DNA from: Dendrobates tinctorius
Taxonomy: Eukaryota
Length of the DNA stretch: 64,000 nt
Direction of reading: 5' to 3'
NCBI RefSeq assembly: GCF_039654945.1
Contig: NW_027361696.1
Location: 46,686,001 to 46,750,000, forward strand
Program-made: the position numbers and the translations under genes
In this document: positions 59,372 through 64,000 of the stretch, in pieces
How the letters are laid out: every line of letters begins with the position of its first letter
How positions within the stretch are numbered: the first letter of the stretch is position 1
The notes under the pieces: generated by a model
What the model saw: the letters and a program-made list of their open reading frames with translations, nothing else
What the model was told of the DNA's origin: nothing
Databases searched by the model: none

Positions 59372-61858
59372 GCTCAGTGGGTATGGAGGAGACCCAACTG
59401 AGAGTATGCATATCCTTCATGATGGTATCTCAATGTATGCTCCCTGCCAAGGTTATTATCGCGGGCAGAGATCTACCAATATCACTGTTTGTGGATAGCG
59501 GTTCCACCACCAATCTCATAGATGAGGAGTTTGCACGCACTGCCGGGTTTAAGATCGAAAAACTCCCTCATCCTATTCAGGTGGTTACCATTAATGCCGC
59601 TCCCCTCCCTCAGAAGGAGATTACGGAGTTTGTGGCTGAGGTGAAACTCCACATTGGGGTCCTACATTCGGAGTGGGTTACATGTAGGGTCCTCCGTAAT
59701 CTCCCAGCACAAATGGTCTTGGGTTTTCCATGGTTGTCCAGGCACAACCCAGTGATTGATTGGAAAACTCAGGACATAGTCCAATGGAGTGGTTTTTGCC
59801 AGGACAATTGCTTGGCCACATGTGTGTCCGCCGTGACGCCCAGCCTTCCGGAGGCTTTGCAGGATTTCGCGGATGTTTTCTCTGAGAAGGGTTGCTCAGA
59901 ACTGCCTCCACATAGAGCCTATGACTGTGCGATTAGGTTAAAACCCGGGGCCAAATTACCTAAGGCCAGGATGTTTAATATTTCTGGTCCAGAGAGACAA
60001 GCTCTGAAAGACTACATCGCGGAGAGTCAGAGCAAAGGACACATCCGGCCTTCGTCCTCGCCTGTAGCAGCGGGGTTTTTCTTCATTAAGAAGAAAGATG
60101 GGGGGTTACGGCCGTGTCTGGATTTCCGGGAGTTAAACCAGATTACGATCCGTGATCCATACCCGATGCCTTTGATCCCTGATTTGTTCAACCAGGTGGC
60201 GGGGGCAAAGTGGTTTTCCAAGCTTGACCTCAGGGGGCGTATAATCTCATAAGGGTCCGTCAGGGGGATGAGTGGAAGACGGCCTTTAACACTCCTGAGG
60301 GTCATTTTGAGAGCCTGGTTATGCCATTTGGGTTGACAACCACGCCTGCTGTTTTCCAACATTTTATTAATGACATGTTTGCTCATGTCCTGGGGAAATT
60401 TGTGATTGTATACCTGGATGATATCCTCATTTATTCGAGCGACCGGGACATTCATTTAGAGCATGTCAGGCAGGTGATACAGTTGCTCCGTGAGAATAAG
60501 CTCTAAGCTAAGCTGGAAAAATGCTTATTTTTTGTTCAGGAGTTGCCTTTTTTGGGATATATTGTGTCCGCCGCAGGGTTTAAAATGGACACCGCTAAGG
60601 TGCAAGCGGTGCTACAATGGGAAAGGCCTGATAATCTGAAAGCGCTCCAGCGGTTCCTTGGGTTTGCTAATTATTATAGGAAATTTATAAAACACTTTTC
60701 TACTATAGCCAAACCGCTCACGGACATGACAAAAAAAGGTACCGATCTGACTATGTGGTCTGAGGTGGCGATACGTGCATTTGAGCGTCTGAAGAACAGT
60801 TTTGCTTCAGCCCCCATTCTGGTGCAACCGGACGTGTCCAAACCTTTTGTGGTGGAGGTTGATGTCTCATTGCCATCCTTGCCCAATGCTAAGACGTTGG
60901 CTCAGGTGTTTGTGCAGGAGGTGGTCAGACTCCACGGAGTTCCGTCGGACATAGTATCTGATAGGGGAACTCAATTTGTTGCGAGGTTTTGGAAAGCTTT
61001 TTGCTCACGTTTGGGGATCAAGTTGTCACATTCATTGGTGTTTCAACCACAGTCAAATGGTCAAACTGAGCGCATGAACCAAAATCTGGAGCAGTATTTA
61101 CGATGCTTTGTGTCCGACAACCAAGAGGAGTGGTCTACTTTCCTTCCTCTGGCCGAGTTTGCGCTAAATAATCACCGTCAAGAGTCATCGGGAGAGTCTC
61201 CGTTCTTTTGTGTTTACGGTCAACATCCTCAATTTTGTACCTTACGTCAGGGTGACTCGGGGGGCGTCCCGGAGGAGGACCAGCTAGGAGCTCAATTATC
61301 ATCGGTCTGGAGGAGGGTGAAACAGCAATTGTTGAGCATGAGTGCGAGGTACAAGCGGGTGGCTGACAGTAGACGCGTGCCAGGTGCGGACCTGTGTGTG
61401 GGTGAATGGGTGTGGTTAGCGACTAAAAATATAAAACTCAAAATTCCATCTTTAAAATTGGGTCCAAGGTTTATTGGGCCTTTTAAGATTGCTGCCATCA
61501 TTAACCCAGTTGCTTATCGGTTGGAACTCCCTGCAGTATACAAGATACACAACGTGTTTCACAGGGCTTTATTGAAAAAGGTGGTAGGCTCTGTGGACAC
61601 GACGCCGATGCCACCTCCAGTCATGGTGGATGGCGATTTAGAGTTTGAGGTCTCCAAGGTAGTGGACTCTCGAGTAGTGCGCCATACTCTTCAGTATTTG
61701 GTACACTGGCGGGGGTATGGTCCGGAGGAGAGGTCTTGGGTACCAGCCTCGGACATACATGCAGATCGGCTGGTCAGTTCTTTTCACCGTCGTCATCCGG
61801 ACAAGCCGGGTCCTATGAGTCTTGAGGGCCCTGGGGTCCCTCGTAGAAGATGGGGTAC
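59359..61858 (+). pseudogene. Gypsy pol (PR-RT-partial RH-IN-chromodomain), disrupted
   Basis: FVDSGST, GGLRPCLDFR, KLDLRG, MPFGL, YLDDIL, FVVEVD, IVSDRG, GQTER, GPF and YLVHWRGYGPEERSW. Frameshift near 60240, stop at 60504. Confidence 0.92.
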
Positions 61859-62468
61859 TGTCATGTCGGACGTTATTCACACCACAGCGTCCGGCAGGCA
61901 GAGGTAGTTCCACCTCCGTCCACTATAGCCTCAGTGGCGCCGGCTTGAGTTTCTCAGGCTATCGGGGGTTAATCTAGCTGAAGATCAGGTTGGATGTTTG
62001 GTCACGTCCACGGTCTTTAAATAGTCGTGCTGGCATATGGGCGTCGCCGATTATAGCTTGTGTGTCGTACCAAGTGGTTCCGGTCTGGAGTGGAGGTGTT
62101 GGAGAGAGAGAGAGATTCATATCTGGTGTCGTTTGATTCATTGTTACCTTCTCGCCTTCCCATATTTGTGTTTTGTTGTGCCCTGTTCACATTACTGTAT
62201 AGTCCTGTGTGTATGCGGCGCGGTGCAGTTTAAGTTCTCCCTGTCTGTCTTTATTGTTTGGGGCTTTGGTGGTTTGTCTCCTCACTGGGTGGAGGGTGGA
62301 GGGTTAAGCTTAGGGCTGAGCAGGAGATAAGGAAAGGGTGGAGGCTCAGGCATTTGCACCTTCAGCAAAAACCCTGGGTTGAGGGTCAGACAGGGTTTCC
62401 CCTAGTTAAAGGGACATCACAGGGGCCCCGGGTATTTCTGCCTTAGTTGACCTAAGCCCCGCGTGACA
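61859..62468 (+). repeat. Gypsy 3' LTR (610 bp)
   Basis: Purine tract AGAAGATGGGG immediately upstream. TGTCA...TGACA termini. Followed by CACAG. Confidence 0.85.
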
Positions 62469-62785
62469 CACAGCCAATGGCACACAGGACACAGTACTAA
62501 AGACACAAATTTGTTGTCTGCTTCGCTCAAAATGTTGCATTCTAGGCTTTTGGTAAACGGACGCTTTCCGCAACCTGATGGCAGTGACCATAACAAAGTA
62601 CTCGGTCCCCACCCGGCACTATGTCTCCCGGTCTGTTGCCACGATATTAGACAAGCAAGAACATGTCCCACAATGTTACCAGTGCCATCAGCAATGCTGG
62701 TACAGGGAAAGTGCACCTAACCACAGACATGTGGACAAGTGCTTGTGAGCAGGGATGGTACATCTTGCTGACAGCACACTGTGTT
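62469..62785 (+). pseudogene. Old hAT transposase fossil, right of the Gypsy insertion
   Basis: FRNLM...YSVP...GKVHLTTDMWTSACEQGWYILLTAH. Confidence 0.75.
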
Positions 62786-62794
62786 TGCATAGAA

Positions 62795-63210
62795 AAGGTC
62801 ATGGCCCAGTCGGACGTTGGGAGACCATGTCAAAGATGTATGGAGGAGTCAGTATGGGGAAGGAATTGTATGTCATATTTAGGGTTTTGAACTGTAGCCT
62901 ATTGGCAATAGTAAGGCAGTGAAGGGCATGGCAGAGAGGAGAGGCTGTGGAATAATGGAGGGACAGTTGGATTACTCTGGCAGCAGAGTTTTGGATAGAT
63001 TTAAGTGGTGCAACAGTGCTAGATAGGAGGGTACAGAGTATAAGGTTGCAATACTCGAGGCGGGAGATCATGAGAGCGTGCACAAACATTTTTTAAGTTT
63101 CTTGTAATGTACGGATCCAGGGAATGTTTTAGATTTGTAATGGACAGGAGGAGGCAAGGGCTTTGATATGTAGTTCGAAAGAGAGGGCAGAGTCGAGGAT
63201 CATCCCAAGG
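62795..63210 (-). pseudogene. L2-clade ORF2 C-terminal fragment
   Basis: VHALMISRLEYCNLIL...LKSIQNSAARVI...LHCL...RLQFK. Confidence 0.75.
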
Positions 63211-63214
63211 CCAC

Positions 63215-63545
63215 GAATATGCGGAAATATTACCTGTGCCCTCCACAATGCTGGTACTTGGAAAGTCCACCTAACCACAAACACGTGGACAAGTGCTAGT
63301 GATCAGGGACAATACTTCTCACTGAGTGTACACAGGGTTAATATAATGGAATCTGGGACACACTCAGACCTTGGCATGGTGGCCGTCCTCACAATCACAG
63401 AGTATTGGGTGCCCTACGTCAATCTGGGTTTCCCCCACAGAGTACAGCTCCTGCACCTCCTCCTTCGCCTCCTTTTCAGCTTCCAGCTCCAAAAGGTAGC
63501 ATATCAGTCACAAGCTGGAAGTACTGCAGCACTGCCTAATCAAGG
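63215..63545 (+). pseudogene. hAT transposase fragment
   Basis: KVHLTTNTWTSASDQGQYFSLSVHRVN. Confidence 0.7.
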
Positions 63546-63718
63546 TTAAAAGATTAGTAACAATTTTTCATTTTTTTAAAGAAATTTACAAAACTTGTTT
63601 CTTTCGGGAAATCTTTATTCAGATCTAAATGGACATGTTTTCATAAAGATTTGTTTGGACACAAGGCAGTGCTCCGAGGGAAGAAGTGACATTTGGTATT
63701 TGGAATGTAAATTTGTGT

Positions 63719-64000
63719 TTAAAGGGAATCTGTCACCTCATTTTGGTACGGTATGTAATTGACTTGGTTCCGGTCTGATGGGCTTTGCTTTGGGTCCTTT
63801 CCTCCACCCCTCCTTTGCCGCCATCAGCAACATTTCAGGGAATTTCTGTACTTGTCCTCCGTATTACGCGTGCACGCATTGCAATCTGGACTCGCACGCT
63901 CGCAGTATGCTTTGCCCAAAAGCGGGCAAAGCCAAAAAGCATTAGTGTGCATGCGCCAGTGAACTATGTCCCAGAAGTACTTTCCTCCAAGGAGGGGTGG
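63719..64000. mobile_element. Probable TTAA-flanked Kolobok/T2-type MITE start
   Basis: TTAA|AGGGAATCTGTCA terminus. The other end lies outside the window. Confidence 0.5.

Larger units (their letters stand above)
58890..62468 (+). mobile_element. Ty3/Gypsy chromovirus-type LTR retrotransposon, 5' LTR missing, internally deleted
   Basis: gag with CCHC knuckle, protease, RT, partial RNase H, integrase core and chromodomain, then PPT and 3' LTR. CACAG direct repeat on both sides. Confidence 0.93.

Overview
Eukaryotic, repeat-dominated vertebrate DNA. The transposon repertoire suggests an anuran amphibian (inference). No rRNA, tRNA or CRISPR arrays were found. From left to right: (i) a 5'-truncated CR1 LINE on the minus strand (1-2397). 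(ii) A 12.4-kb hAT/BED-finger DNA transposon (3908-16340, 8-bp TSD GTGGTCAC) with a decayed transposase. It carries a full-length, apparently intact CR1 (4550-8953) with three 127-bp 5' monomers, an esterase ORF1 and an APE-RT ORF2; the ORFs are joined by an in-register U UUA AAC slippery site that suggests -1 frameshifting. (iii) An AT-rich segmentally duplicated region (about 16.8-47.8 kb) built from ancient Penelope-RT fossils and peppered with MITEs. It holds the only host-gene candidates: two tandem paralogous spliced genes, each encoding a 161-aa protein resembling the ZCCHC3 / Tx1-L1 ORF1p domain without the zinc knuckles, and a young ~3.97-kb tandem duplication. (iv) Further hAT pieces with 131-bp minisatellites, a Penelope 5' fragment and a chimeric second hAT copy. 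(v) A chromodomain Ty3/Gypsy element lacking its 5' LTR but bounded by matching 5-bp direct repeats, plus L2 and hAT fossils. All family assignments come from motif recognition by eye, not database searches.
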